From Lepidodermella squamata (taxonomy: Eukaryota > Animalia > Gastrotricha): a DNA stretch of 64,000 bases. The notes under the pieces were generated by a model. The model was not told the DNA's origin and searched no databases. It worked only from the letters and a program-made list of their open reading frames with translations. The DNA lies in contig JBLDXI010000004.1 of the NCBI GenBank assembly GCA_047495785.1, positions 310,001-374,000 of the forward strand. Direction: 5' to 3'. Shown here one piece after another: positions 50,399-62,730 of the stretch (positions are counted from its first letter, which is position 1; every line of letters begins with the position of its first letter). The translations under genes and the position numbers were made by a program.

Positions 50399-53300
50399 CG
50401 CTACTGTGTCATACGAGGCAATAAGTTTGGGAACCGGTGAAATAATTCTCCCTCATGAATGAAAAAAAACGGGAATAATTTTATGCCTAAACTCTCAAAT
50501 CTGGTGCTGAAATCTCATTCTATAAAGTTTCAAAAATGGCTTTAATACTAATGAAAATGATGAATGGCATTGTTCAACCCAACCCAACTAGAAATCGTCT
50601 CTAAACTAAGCCAGGCCATGTAAAATAGCTGGCTCTGAAGGCTTTGTGACTTTGATCAGATAGCCATAACATCGAATGACTTACTTATTAGTATAAGTAG
50701 CTTGCTTTGCCAGACAGTCCGCGTAATTGCTCGTGAAGTCAGTTTTATTGAAGAAAGTTTCAACCTGGAAAATGAGATCGAACCGAAATAGTAACAGATC
50801 ATGGGTTCCGGCGAGAAGAATTACCAGCGTGAACGGGGACGGGCATCGGCTACGGCAAACTAATTCGCTTGACGTCGCTTGACACAAAGCCGCTGGCTGT
50901 AAAATAATGAGCTGTAATTACATTGAAATTAGGAAAAATTCTACTCACCCCAGCGAGGCAACGTGCTTTATCGGCGAAAGCCTCCGGGCTATAGTCCTGA
51001 AATTATGAAAAATTATAGATCATATTCGAGAATTTGGGACCTGTATCACTTACTCTAGTCATGAGAGCCGCATCGCATTGGCTTGCCTGGCAGCCAACAA
51101 AGGAGCGATCGCTGGTCAAAAAGCATCGCAGGTTTGTCGAAAAATCGCTTGTATTTCTGACGACTGAAACAAGACAACCAATTATAAGAAGATGATTGGA
51201 AAACGGGCCTCGATCTCACTATTGGCCGCTGTCATACAAGCCTGAGTGTCCACGTCCCAGTATCTCACCAAAGTCTATGAAATATTAAAAAATAATATAA
51301 ATTGTGCAATAATATTACAGGGTTTACCCAGTTGTTGGGGCAGTTGTTAGTGAATGGGATGCAGATGGACTGTCCGTTGTTATTGCATTGCGTGGCTGGG
51401 AAGGTCTGTGAACAGATAATATTACTCAAAGAGCTCTCGGTAGCTCATTAGACAAACCAGGAAATTTCGTATTTTCGCACGGCAGGTTCGGTACATCACG
51501 CCAAATAAGGTGCCGATGTATCTTTCAATCTGAAATTATAACGAAGATTTTAAAAAGAGAAACTAATGACTAAAGAACATATAAAATTGATGGATTTTCA
51601 TTTTATAATTTAATAATAATTTAATAATTTAATAATTTAATACTTTAATATAATTTCGAATTCATATGAATTGCGAAGCCAAATTAAAATTAAACAACTT
51701 ATTTTTTTCAAATTAGCCTTAAAATAAACCAAAATGTCAACAAACCTCAATTTCATCAGCTGAACAGCTAATCTTGCCAGGCAGGCATCGCATGTTGATT
51801 GTTTTGTAGTTGAAACAGCTTCGGGCCCACTGCGGAAAAATTGGCAATACAAATTTGAGACGTAATCAAATTGAACTGACTCCAGTTCTACAGCCTGACA
51901 AAGTCGCAAAAGTTGCTCCGAGCTGAGTAAAAACAAAAAAATCACATGATATTAGGGAATTAATTTGGTAAATTTTGCGAACCTGATACTCTTGAAGAAT
52001 CAAACACTGTGTTTTGCAGCCGTTGAACGTATCGTTAGTCCGTGAGAAGCATCGCACGTAGGTAGCAGCCTGGGCCGTTGATATCAGCCCGATGGCAAGG
52101 CAGATAAAATTCAGTGTTTTCATTGGTAAGAAATCGTATGTAATTTTTGTAACGTAAAATGAAAAACCTGGTTGAAAAAAGAATGAATGAATAAAAGTCA
52201 TTAAACCAAATCTGATACTGGCAATAATGATTGCGTATGCTCATGGGTTGTTTATTTCAATAAACGCTCGCACACGATTCGAAAATACGTTAAAAACATA
52301 TTTGTTTTTAATCCGTGTCCAAGCACACAGAAGCGATGAAAATAGAACGAAAAAAAGTGTTTTCAATAAAATCACGGAAATGGCTAGCAGCAATTTATCA
52401 TTAACCCTTTAGCTACCAACACGTGGTAACACGTTGTAGAGGTGTTTGTTATCGGCTAGGTACTTAGGCTATTTTTTTCGGGTTGTTTTAACCGCCTATT
52501 GACCCTGCGCTATCAAATTCGATAATTTATTATTTTATGAATTCAATCATTTTCGATAAATTTTCGAAATTAAAATTTCACGGACATGGGTGAACAAGCA
52601 GCGCATGGGCGATGACAAAATCGACGCGAAATGCTCGAGTTAGTCCTCACCTGCGATTCGATTTTTGTTGTGTTTTTATGCTTCATGATCATATTTTATC
52701 GATTGCTGCCAATAAAAAATTCGATCGGTTCAATGGGAACAGAAATAAGCCGAGAAAATAAACTGAAATTAGCTTTTTTCTTGTCAAATGGAACGGGGCT
52801 GCTGCTAAGGTCCTGTCTTAGATCCAGATAACATTTGATAAATGATACAGATTAGCGGAATGACCAGATGCAGTTAGCGGAACCAAATTTGCTGTATCGG
52901 TACAAAATTTTGGAATTTTCTAGTGGCCTGAAATCGCTTTTCGGATATTTCTTGCGGGTCAGTATTGACCACAATAATTGTAGAAAAATCACCAGTAAAT
53001 TTAGCGTAACATTTTCTACGAGACAGAGTGTCCAATTCAGAACTCATGCGCCTCATCTAAAATTCGTAGAATTGTTCAAAAAATGACTCTTGGCATATTT
53101 CGAATTTGGTTCCGCAAAAAGGAAATTTGGTTCCGATACAGCATATTTGATTCCGCTCACCGCTCATCGTAAATGTGGTTACGCTAAAAGATATTCTGAG
53201 AAACAACCACCCCATTTACCGCAACGGGTAAACTCGTATAATCATACGTGTTAACCCGGCACCCGGCAGCGAATTACACGTGTTAACGCGGGGTTTTCGC

Positions 53301-54002
53301 AAAAAATATCAGTTTTGAAATAGATCAGGATTTCATTCTCACACTACGTGTAAACCCGTATGATATACCCGAATGATACGTGTAAACACATTTTTCGCCG
53401 AAAAAACTGCAACGTTTATCAGGGGCGTAGCCAGGATTTCGGTTTGGTAGTTGTTTTTTTGCTGACGAGATGGAGCCGAGTCGGCATGACCAAATCGAGT
53501 GCGGAGAATCCACATATGAATGAATTTCGAGTATATCTATGAATTTCGAGTATATCTATAAATATCGCATGAGCATGGGTACTAACACTATATTTTTTGA
53601 GCGAATGCTATATTTGTCTGATATAGCACGAGTAAAGAGTCTATATCTGAACGGAGCCGGCCGAGATTTACGAATCGGAACGAGTCGAAGACGAGAGGAG
53701 ATGAGTAAATCGAGTACGGCGAGTTCAGATATAGACGATTTACGAGTGCTGTATCAAAAAATATTGCATGAGCACATCTACAAACACTATATTTTTGAAA
53801 CGAATGCTATATTTCAAATTTGAAAAATAGATGTTTGTTTCAAAGCGAAAACTATGAACGATAAATGATTTATTTATTAGTAAGATATTTCGGTATATCA
53901 TATGGTATATATTGATTTCACGATGCGAAAGAAAAAACATAGTCAGTCGTCAGTCATGGATTTGAATAAAAGCATCGTAGAGTCAGCTCAACGCTGCCAA
54001 GA

Positions 54003-57000
54003 TTAGATAGAATATTGCTCGCAGGCGACATAACGTACTGATTCCGTGCATGCCACCAGTACTAGGAAGTACACGCGTGCCCCCTCGTCGAATTTGATGG
54101 TGACGCAAAGCTCAGTTGGCGATGGAGCAAATGCGTACACAAGACCGTCGCTTGAATCAGGGTGCTCCGTGCCGTCTTCCCAGACCAGCCTGTTATCCGT
54201 TGTTTTGATCAAGCCGAGCCATGCAGCGAACTTTGGCGGCTCAATCTGACCCTCCTTACTAATGATGATCTTCCTGAGTGCTGTTACATCGGGGAATGTT
54301 TTCGGCATAGCTAGCTGAGCATTGTTGCTGCGACACAGTTCGATAGCCGCACTTCGCGTCATGAAGCTTCCTCCAGCAATCAAAAAAATCTTCGAGGCGT
54401 CATCGCAGATTCGGTTGTTCGAGAAGACGTTCGACGACGGATATTGCGTTTCGCCATCTAAGCAGCGGCTACGGCAACTGAGAGTTTGGTCTGGCGCAAC
54501 GCAGCTGTAAAGTCTGCAACGAAAAAAGCAGAATCCACCGATTTGAAATGAATAAAAATTCTTTGAATTATCTATTGCAATTCATTGATGAATTTGAGTA
54601 ACTCAAGCTCATTACATATGCAAAGGAGAGACTTTAATTTGTAGCTTATTATTTACAAATTATTCAAATTATTTACAAATATGTTTACAAATATGTTAGC
54701 CGAATCGTTTAAAAATAAATTGGATATATTTCCAGAATTTAATATGAAATTTAAAAAGTTAATTAATTATACAAAATCTCTTACCATCTCGACACCATTT
54801 ATTTTAATTTTTTAAATCTCTCTGGGTAACTTGTGACATCGACTCTAGCCATCCCTAACCATCCCAGTACTTCACGCGGTGGCAAGCACAGAGAGGCAAG
54901 CAGTGCGCGAAGTTGGACCTTCGAACTAGGGGGTATTTTCGGGCCCCAATTTTATGACCGAAGGATCCCCTGTGGTTTTTCGTGGTTTTTTCCACTTCAG
55001 CCGGCGCGCTCCGAGTGCGGCGTCCTATCTACGTCACATGAAGACAGAACAAATTCGCGATCCTCGGAAATACTAGTTCGACACACCAATTCGGCTTATT
55101 TTCGCAATAAATCTTAAAATGATGAGAACTCACGGGCCTGCACAAACTTCGAATACATCGTAAGTGTAACCATTCGCATCCGGTGTCTAAAGAAACAAAA
55201 TTCAAATCAATAAATATTCAGTCCGCGATTACTTGGGACCTACCGTTCCAGCTGGGCACGACACCCCTTCAGGAGCGCAAACCGCAGGGTAATAAGTCGT
55301 GCTATCCACGCATCGGATGAATGGTGACTAAGAAGGCAAGAGATGGCTATTAAGTTGAAGCAATTTAAAAATGAATCAAATAGCCCACCGTATCAGCTTT
55401 ATAGCAAAACCCCAAATTCGCGAATTTTGAAGATTCCGATGTACCGAAAGTGCTAAGCTAAAAAAGTCAAAATGCGAAGTTCTTGATAACAATTGGGAGG
55501 TTTTACTTCAAATTTGCCAGTTCCTGTTGGGCAGGTTTCCTTACAGCTGCCACCTTTGAGGGAATCGTAGCACAATTTCACGATCTATTGTGCCATGTGC
55601 CACAAGTACCAGGAATTAAAGACGTTTGCCTAGAGGTATTTCGAAAGCTCACCCCAGGTTCAACCTCAGCAACTTTCTCACACATCGCGAATTTCGACGT
55701 GCCATTGCAAAAAATCGGGTCGTAACGGAAAGACAGATAAAACGAATCATAAACCATGAGGACGCAAACATCGATTGGGTGGTTATAGATTGAATCGGGC
55801 TGATAATCACTATTACCAGTTTGTGTAAGTCCAACAGTCCAGTGCTTATCATCGAAAGTATAAGTAGTTCCGTCGTCCCAAAACACCGATCCATTGGCGT
55901 ATTTTGACAAACCAACCCACGCTGTGAAACCGCCTCGGCTCAAATTGCTCTGCGACACTGTGACAGCGCTAGCTGCTTGCTCCACGTCGAAGTCGCCCTC
56001 GGCCTTCATCATCGCCAGTTTGGCGTCGTTTGCGGCGCACAGCGCAGAAGCTTCGGCTCGTGTCAAGTCGGCCGATCCTCCGTAAACGAAAAACTGCCTT
56101 TTCGCTTGTTGGCACTTGGACAGAGATGAGAACGAAACCGTGTCTGGGTTGCGTGTTTCAGTCGGTAGGCAGCTGCCTGTTCGACAGTTGACGGAACCGT
56201 CCGAAGCTTCACATCTGAGATACACTAGGAAAAAAAGTAGGTTTATTAGCTGATTTTTAGCTGGGAGCCAAAACTGAGTCATGCAATTTGCATGCAAAAA
56301 CATAGCTAATTAGAGGGACATAGGAGGGTTTATTAGCCTATCCCAGCCATGACCCGAGCTAATTAGCTTGTCTTTCATTGTGAGACAAAATAATGCAGCC
56401 GTGAGACAATGAAAATCTAGCTAAATAGCTAAGCTAGGCTAATAAACCCTCCTATGTCCCTCTAATTAGCTATGTTTTTGCATGCAAATTGACGACTCAG
56501 TTTTGGCTCCCAGCTAAAAATCAGCTAATAAACCTACTTTTTTTCCTAGTGTACCTACATAAAATAGAAAAATACAGATTTAATTTCAGCAAAGAAATTG
56601 TAAATAATCTACTTGGAATTGAGATCATTTTACCGAGAGCACTGAAAATGAGTTGTTGGAGAAAAGGGGAAGAAATCCGCACAGTAATAACAATCGAAAA
56701 TTGATTGCAAATATTCAGATATTCGCAAATATTCGATATTTCATTATCGAGAAAAATTATCATAAAAACGTAGAAATCATGCTCAACACCTAACACTGCT
56801 GAGTTAGTAACAAGCTGCGTAATTGTCGTAGATTACACATCGTGAGATGCTAATGCCGCGTTCAAGATCAATGAACGAGGATCCGAACGATATCAAGGCA
56901 GCTTAGAAAATGAGCTTTGAAGTATTGATGAAAACTTCTCATTCTGAAAAATTCCTAAAGGACACTCGTTTACTATGCGAGCTTTCAAGTGTCCTGTAGA

Positions 57001-60000
57001 ACACTAGTATCCTACGGGCCTCAATATGACAAAATGAGGGTATATGGGGGAATGAGGGGTATCGTACCCCCCAGTTCACAAGGCTAAATTTGAAAATCCT
57101 CAAAAAAACCACAGGGGGGACCCTATGATCATAAAATATGGGGCCGAAAATACCCCCTAGTGCGAGGATCCTACTTCGAGCACTGATAGAAATAAGGAAT
57201 GTATTAGCAATAAATATTTGTTTGTCCCTCGTGAATTAAACAAATTGTTTCCCCTCCGATGGAATGTACAGAATATTGCGCTGGGGCTCACTTCCCGCTT
57301 GTTCGCTCACTTCCCGGTCATCTAATGATCGGCAGGCAAAATGAGAATAATTCTATGCCTTAAAGCTCGAATCTAGTGCTGAAAGGACGAATGAAATTGA
57401 TCGAACTCAACCCAACTCAACTAGAAATCATCGTCTCTAAACAAAATTGAGTCAGGTAAAATTGATGGTTTCAATGGTTTTGTGACTTTGATCAGATAGT
57501 CAAAACGTTGAAAGACTTACCCATTAGTATAAGTAGCTTGCTTTGCCAGGCAGTCAACGTAATTGCTCGTGAAATCGGTTTTATTGAAGAAAGTAGAAAC
57601 CTGGAAAATGAGATCGTATAGTAAAAGATCATGGGTTCCGGCGAGAAGAATTACCAGCGTGAACGGGGACGGACATCGGCTACGGCAAACTGCTTCGCTT
57701 GACGTCGCTTGACACAAAGCCGCTGGCTGTAAAATAATGAGACGTAATTGCATTGAAATTAGGAAAAAATCAACTCACCCCAGCCAGGCAACGTGCTTTA
57801 TCGGCGAAAGCCTCCGGGCTATAGTCCTGAAATTGTGAGAAAATTATAGATCATATTCGAGAATTTGAGACCTGTATCACTCACCCTAGTCATGAGAGCC
57901 GCATCGCATTGGCTTGCCTGGCAGCCAACAAAGGAGCGATCGCTGGTCAAAAAGCATCGCAGGTTTGTCGAAAAATCGCTTGTATTTCTGACGACTGAAA
58001 CAAGACAACCAATTATAAGACGATAATTGGAAAACGGGCCTCGATCTCACTATTGGCCGCTGTCATACAAGCTTGAGTGTCCACGTCCCAGTATCTCACC
58101 AAAGTCTATGAAATATTTAAAAAATAATAAAAATTGTGCAATAATATTACAAGGTTTACCCAGTTGTTGGGGCAGTTGTTAGTGAATGGGATGCAGATGG
58201 ACTGTCCGTTGTTATTGCATTGCGTGGCTGGGGAGGTCTGTGAAAAGATCAAAGGTCAAATATTCTCAACAGCTCATTCTCAGACAAACCAGGAAATTGC
58301 GAATTTTCGCACGGCAGGTTCGGTACATCACGCCAAATAAGGTGCCGATGTATCTTTCAATCTGAAATTAGCAGCAAGCAATGTTTTATTCGATCAAAAC
58401 AAATTAACTAGCACCGGCCACGGGTGGGCTTTGGGCGCGTCCTGGAATATTTTCGAATCAACACAATAAATACAGACAAAATACATATTATCTATACATA
58501 CACGTGCATAACATATAGTTATAATATAAGTTATAATACATAATATAAAGTTATAATACATATAGTTCTGATCATGACGTGGGAATTATTTAAATAAATT
58601 GGCGAAGACAGAAAAGAGAGGACAGGAGAATTACGCATTAATTGTTATTACTCTGAGGCCAGACAAAAAAGAATAAAGTTTTCTCATTTAACACCCATTT
58701 CGTGAAACAAATTTGTCGAATTCCAACCTCTGCTAGGAATGAACTAGTAAATCGCGAATTCTACCTCGACCCACCTGAACTTGTCCTCACAAAATCAGCC
58801 GTCAGGTATTTTCTACGACTCAAGTTTGAGAACGAGCATGTGCTTATCAAAACTGCCTTTGACATTATTGACGCAAATAAAAATTTATATCGCAATATTT
58901 TCAAAAATTTGCAAAGTGACGTCGAAAAACTTGGGGGCGCCAACATCTTCACCGCCACTTCTCAATTTGAGGGTTTGGCTCATCTTGGAAAGTGGTACGA
59001 AGTGTGGATAACAAACAACAAAAAATCTATAGCTAATGATTTAAAAACTATATACCAAAATCCTGTTTTTACAGACGAAAATTTCGACAAATTGCTGCTA
59101 TATTCTAATGCTCAAAATGCTTTTTGGTCGGTGAAAAATATTAGGATACTCAGTATGATTAGGACAAACTCTCTTCATAAACCCTTTTGCTATATCGATA
59201 ACTTAGGATTGAAATGCATTTTCTGTCTTAAACATGGTGATTCGCTTGCTACGCCTATTAGAAATTTCCAAGATACTATAGATCTAATATGCCACCTCTA
59301 TATTGAATGTAAATTTATCCCGAACCACACTCCTCTAACACAACTAGCCTCGTTCGATAGTATCAATCATGATGTTAATAATTTTGCCAATTCAATTATC
59401 GAATCCATAGTAACTTGCAAATCCGTCAACAATATCGCACTGTCACACATCTTAACTATAGCTTCTAACTACCGACTCGCTCTTAAATTACACGTTTACC
59501 CAAACAATCTGAAATTATAACGAAGATTTTCAAAAAGAGAAACTAATGAGTATAAAAATATTAAATTCCTTATAATATTCTATAATTTCGAATTGTAATG
59601 AATTGCCAAATTAAAAATATTTTTTTTTTCATTAAAATTAGCCTTAAAATAAACCAAAATGTCAACAAACCTCAATTTCATCAGCTGAACAGCTAATCTT
59701 GCCAGGCAGGCATCGCATGTTGATTGTTTTGTAGTTGAAACAGCTTCGGGCCCACTGCGGAAAAATTAGCAATACAAATTTGAGACGTAATAAAATTGAA
59801 CTGACTCCAGTTCTACAGCCTGACAAAGTCGCAAAAGTTGCTCCGAGCTGATTGAAAACAAAAAAAATCATTAGATATTAGGGAATTAATTTGGTAAATT
59901 TTGCGAACCTGATACTCTTGAAGAATCGAACACTGTGTTTTGCAGCCGTTGAACGTATCGTTAGTCCGTGAGAAGCATCGCACGTAGGTAGCAGCTTGGG

Positions 60001-60049
60001 CCGTTGATATCAGCCCGATGGCTAGGCAGATAAAATTCAGTGTTTTCAT
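54003..60049 (-). CDS. Family gene G: signal peptide, 6 repeats, CTLD1, 3 repeats, CTLD2; duplicate of F, two splice acceptors hit by TEs
   Basis: Exon 1 60049-59909; then LGATFATLSGCRTG, WARSCFNYK, TSPATQCNNN, LRCFLTSDRS, PAALCQATS, YLRCEASDG+CTLD1 (AWVGL, WDDG, AMCE), IVKLCYDS, TRCVDSTT, and CTLD2 (AWLGL, WEDG, VACE). Confidence 0.78.
56223..56551. mobile_element. CACTA-type MITE with TA duplication, inserted at the start of the gene G CTLD1 exon
   Basis: Long TIR CACTAGGAAAAAAAGTAGGTTTATTAGCTG...; TA at 56221-56222 and 56552-56553; absent from paralog F. Confidence 0.88.
58371..59504. mobile_element. 5'-truncated, partly inverted L1/Tx1-like non-LTR retrotransposon
   Basis: 13-bp TSD CAATCTGAAATTA (58358-58370 / 59505-59517). 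Plus-strand ORF fragment with CxxC...HxxxxC (zf-RVT-like). Minus-strand segment ends in AATAAA and a short TGC tail. Empty site in gene F at ~51527. Confidence 0.8.
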
Positions 60050-60799
60050 TGGTAAGAAATCGTATGTAATTTTTGTAACGTAAAATGAAAAACCTGGTTG
60101 AAAAAAGAATGAATGAATAAAAGTCATTAAACCAAATCTGATACTGGCAATAATGATTGCGTATGCTCATGGGTTGTTTATTTCAATAAACGCTCGCACA
60201 CGATTCGAAAATACGTTAAAAACATATTTGTTTTTAATCCGTGTCCAAGCACACAGAAGCGATAAAAATAGAACGAAAAAAAGTGTTTTCAATAAAATCA
60301 CGGAAATGACTAGCAGCAATTTTTTATTAGGAAGTGGCTATTGGCACCCGCTGTGAATAGTCTTCTTAGTTAAGCTTATTCTTCGAAAAGTTACCGTTTT
60401 GTTAGTTCGAAGACGAAATTGTTATTGGTCATGTTCATATTATTGTTAAGTACTGTTTATTGAAAAAGGCTGTTCCCATTCTTTTTATCTGATTGCACGT
60501 ACTATCAGCCTTTCTTTCATGATTTCGGCATCATTTGCAATAGCAAAAGTTCGTGAATTGACTATTGACTGATCGAACAACAACCTGAAGCCTCCAATCG
60601 CCAACGCCAGACTACTTGAGTTTTGGCTTCAGACATCAGACATTTCTAAGTATAGTTATGATTACCGCAGCCTTTCTTGTAGGATGATGGTTATTTTTAG
60701 CACGCTTGCCCGAACAGCCAAGCGGTCTTTCAGAGTAAAGATCTCAATATCACCATGTTCAAGGTAGTACATGCCTAGAAATCACCCGTCAAAAACACT

Positions 60800-61840
60800 G
60801 TCTCCCATTGGTTTCTTGTGGAGCGGAGTAAATATTTCTTAGTTACCGTGACTTTTTGTGGGGTCACCGCGGTTATTCACGCTTTATACCTTCGGATGCA
60901 TTCTGTCGGGAAAATGGAGTTTTTCGGGATATTCGGAACATTTATCATTTATGATATTTGCAAACAATTCAGCGGTCAAATGGACGCTCAAATGAGTGAA
61001 TCTACTCGGAGACATAAATAAGTTACTCGGAGGCAATAAAACAAGAAAAAGCCGGTGTTGCCATACTAACTCGTGGGCAGGATTGATCTCCTTCTGACAT
61101 ACCTGCTGTGTTAGATCTCAATATCTGGTCAGATCTTCAAGATGGCCGATGTCCCATGTAATGAAATCTGCTTAATTTGCATTGTTACTAACTGTTTTCT
61201 TGTAGGACAGAGCGTATATTTCTTAGTTACCATGTCTTTTTGAGGGGTCACCGTGGTTTTTCGCGTTTTATGGCTTAGGATGCATTTAGACGTTAAAATG
61301 GAGTTTTTCGGGTTTATCGGAACTTTATTGACGTTAGCAAAAAATTCAACGGTCAGATTGCGGTAAAATTGGTTGATATTGCTAAGAGACTATATCAGTA
61401 CGAAGACCAGGCAGGAAATCTGGTGTCGCCGCCGTAATTCGAGCGCAGGATCGACTTTCATCTGCCATACCCGCTCTGGTTAGGCGTCATCATTAGGTCA
61501 TATGAACAACCTTAAGGATAGTCCATCGCTTGAAATAACCTGGCAAGAGCAATATTTCTCATCGTTTCTTTGTAGAATAGAGTGTATATTTTTAGTTGCC
61601 ATTGATTTTAGGTTGGTCAGCGCGGTTTTTCAGCTTCAGTGGCTTGGATTGCATTTTTCGGCTTTTTCGGAACATTTTTGATGCTAGATAGCAATTCAGC
61701 GGTTAGATCGCGGCTAAAACAATTGAATTTTATAAGAGGCTACATCAGTTTGACGATAAAACAGAAAAAAGCGGGTGTTGCCGCCCACCCTCGAGCGCAG
61801 GGTCAGCTTTCCTATGTCATACCCATCCTGGTAAGAGGAC
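60800..61840. repeat. Diverged ~380-bp tandem repeat, about 3 copies
   Basis: TATTTCTTAGTTACC..GGTCACCG..TTTTTCGG..CGGAAC..AATTCAGCGGT..GGTGTTGCC recurs at ~60833, ~61217 and ~61586. Confidence 0.65.
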
Positions 61841-62730
61841 GTGTCAACGCGTTGTAGCCGCATTCCTTCGTGATGTGTGCGGTGATTAGAGGTCCATGCA
61901 TGAGTCTTAGTCATTATTTGAATATATAGCTATAATTGTGTTAAAATTCTGCAGAAACTTCAATCAAAGGAAATCGAAGAAACACAGAAACAATCACAGA
62001 AACAACTGATCGTTATTAAACTGTTCCGGTAGCAGCCCCGCGCCCCCGCAAACGAGTGATCAACGTGCAATTGCGAATTGGATCTCAGTTATCAGTCTCT
62101 GAGCGTTGTCTCAGTTATCCTGGCTGTTCTAAAATCCGGTGGTATCAGTGAATTCTTCACTGAAACGGTGCTATTATCTCACTTTTAACGACGTGCTCCT
62201 CCGCCGGATGCCACCAATTAGTATGCAAGCGCAGCTTATATGACGCTTTGTTAGACACTTAACTTGATTTGAATGGTACGAATGGTCGTGCCATGTTGAT
62301 TTTCCTTATTAAGGGTGCTAAGGATGCTAAATTAGTTAGTGAGACGCTATGGAGACGCTCGTCTTTGTTATTCGTTACTTGCCAAGGACATCCTTGGCAA
62401 AACGGCTTTTAGTAAGGATGCAGCGTCACTGGTCCGCCTAGTAAGGGTGGCTTACTGAGACGATCCATACTCAGAATTCTCTGTCTCAAAGTCTAAGCGA
62501 TCTAAGGAAGTGATCTCAGATAGAGCTGTCCTTAGATGGATCCTTGGAATGCAGTCCTTACTAAACATGTTGTTGCCAGGGTTATACTTCAAGGGCATTT
62601 CGCAATTGAAAATAAAATTAAAAATTATTATTAAAAGTGTTTAAAAATTATTTTAGCAAATTAACCGGCAGATTTTTTTTCGCGACTACAGCAGGATGTT
62701 CGGTTTCGAAAGGAACACCCTGTATCTTAC

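Larger units (their letters stand above)
39519..52123 (-). pseudogene. Family gene F: signal peptide, 6 repeats, CTLD1, 3 repeats, CTLD2; CTLD2 exon broken by a 3.3-kb insertion
   Basis: ATG at 52123 (MKTLNFICLAIGLISTAQAA); exons mirror gene G; CTLD1 exon ~45237-44664; final exon split at GGSFMTR|SAAIELC by the element at 39873-43137. Confidence 0.8.

Noticed and set aside
52401-53235. TTAA-CCCTT start as a piggyBac element
   Set aside because: No convincing matching right terminus found.
58702-59520. 272-aa ORF as a host gene
   Set aside because: Bounded by TSDs, absent from paralog F, starts at GTG, and carries a retroelement-like zinc knuckle.
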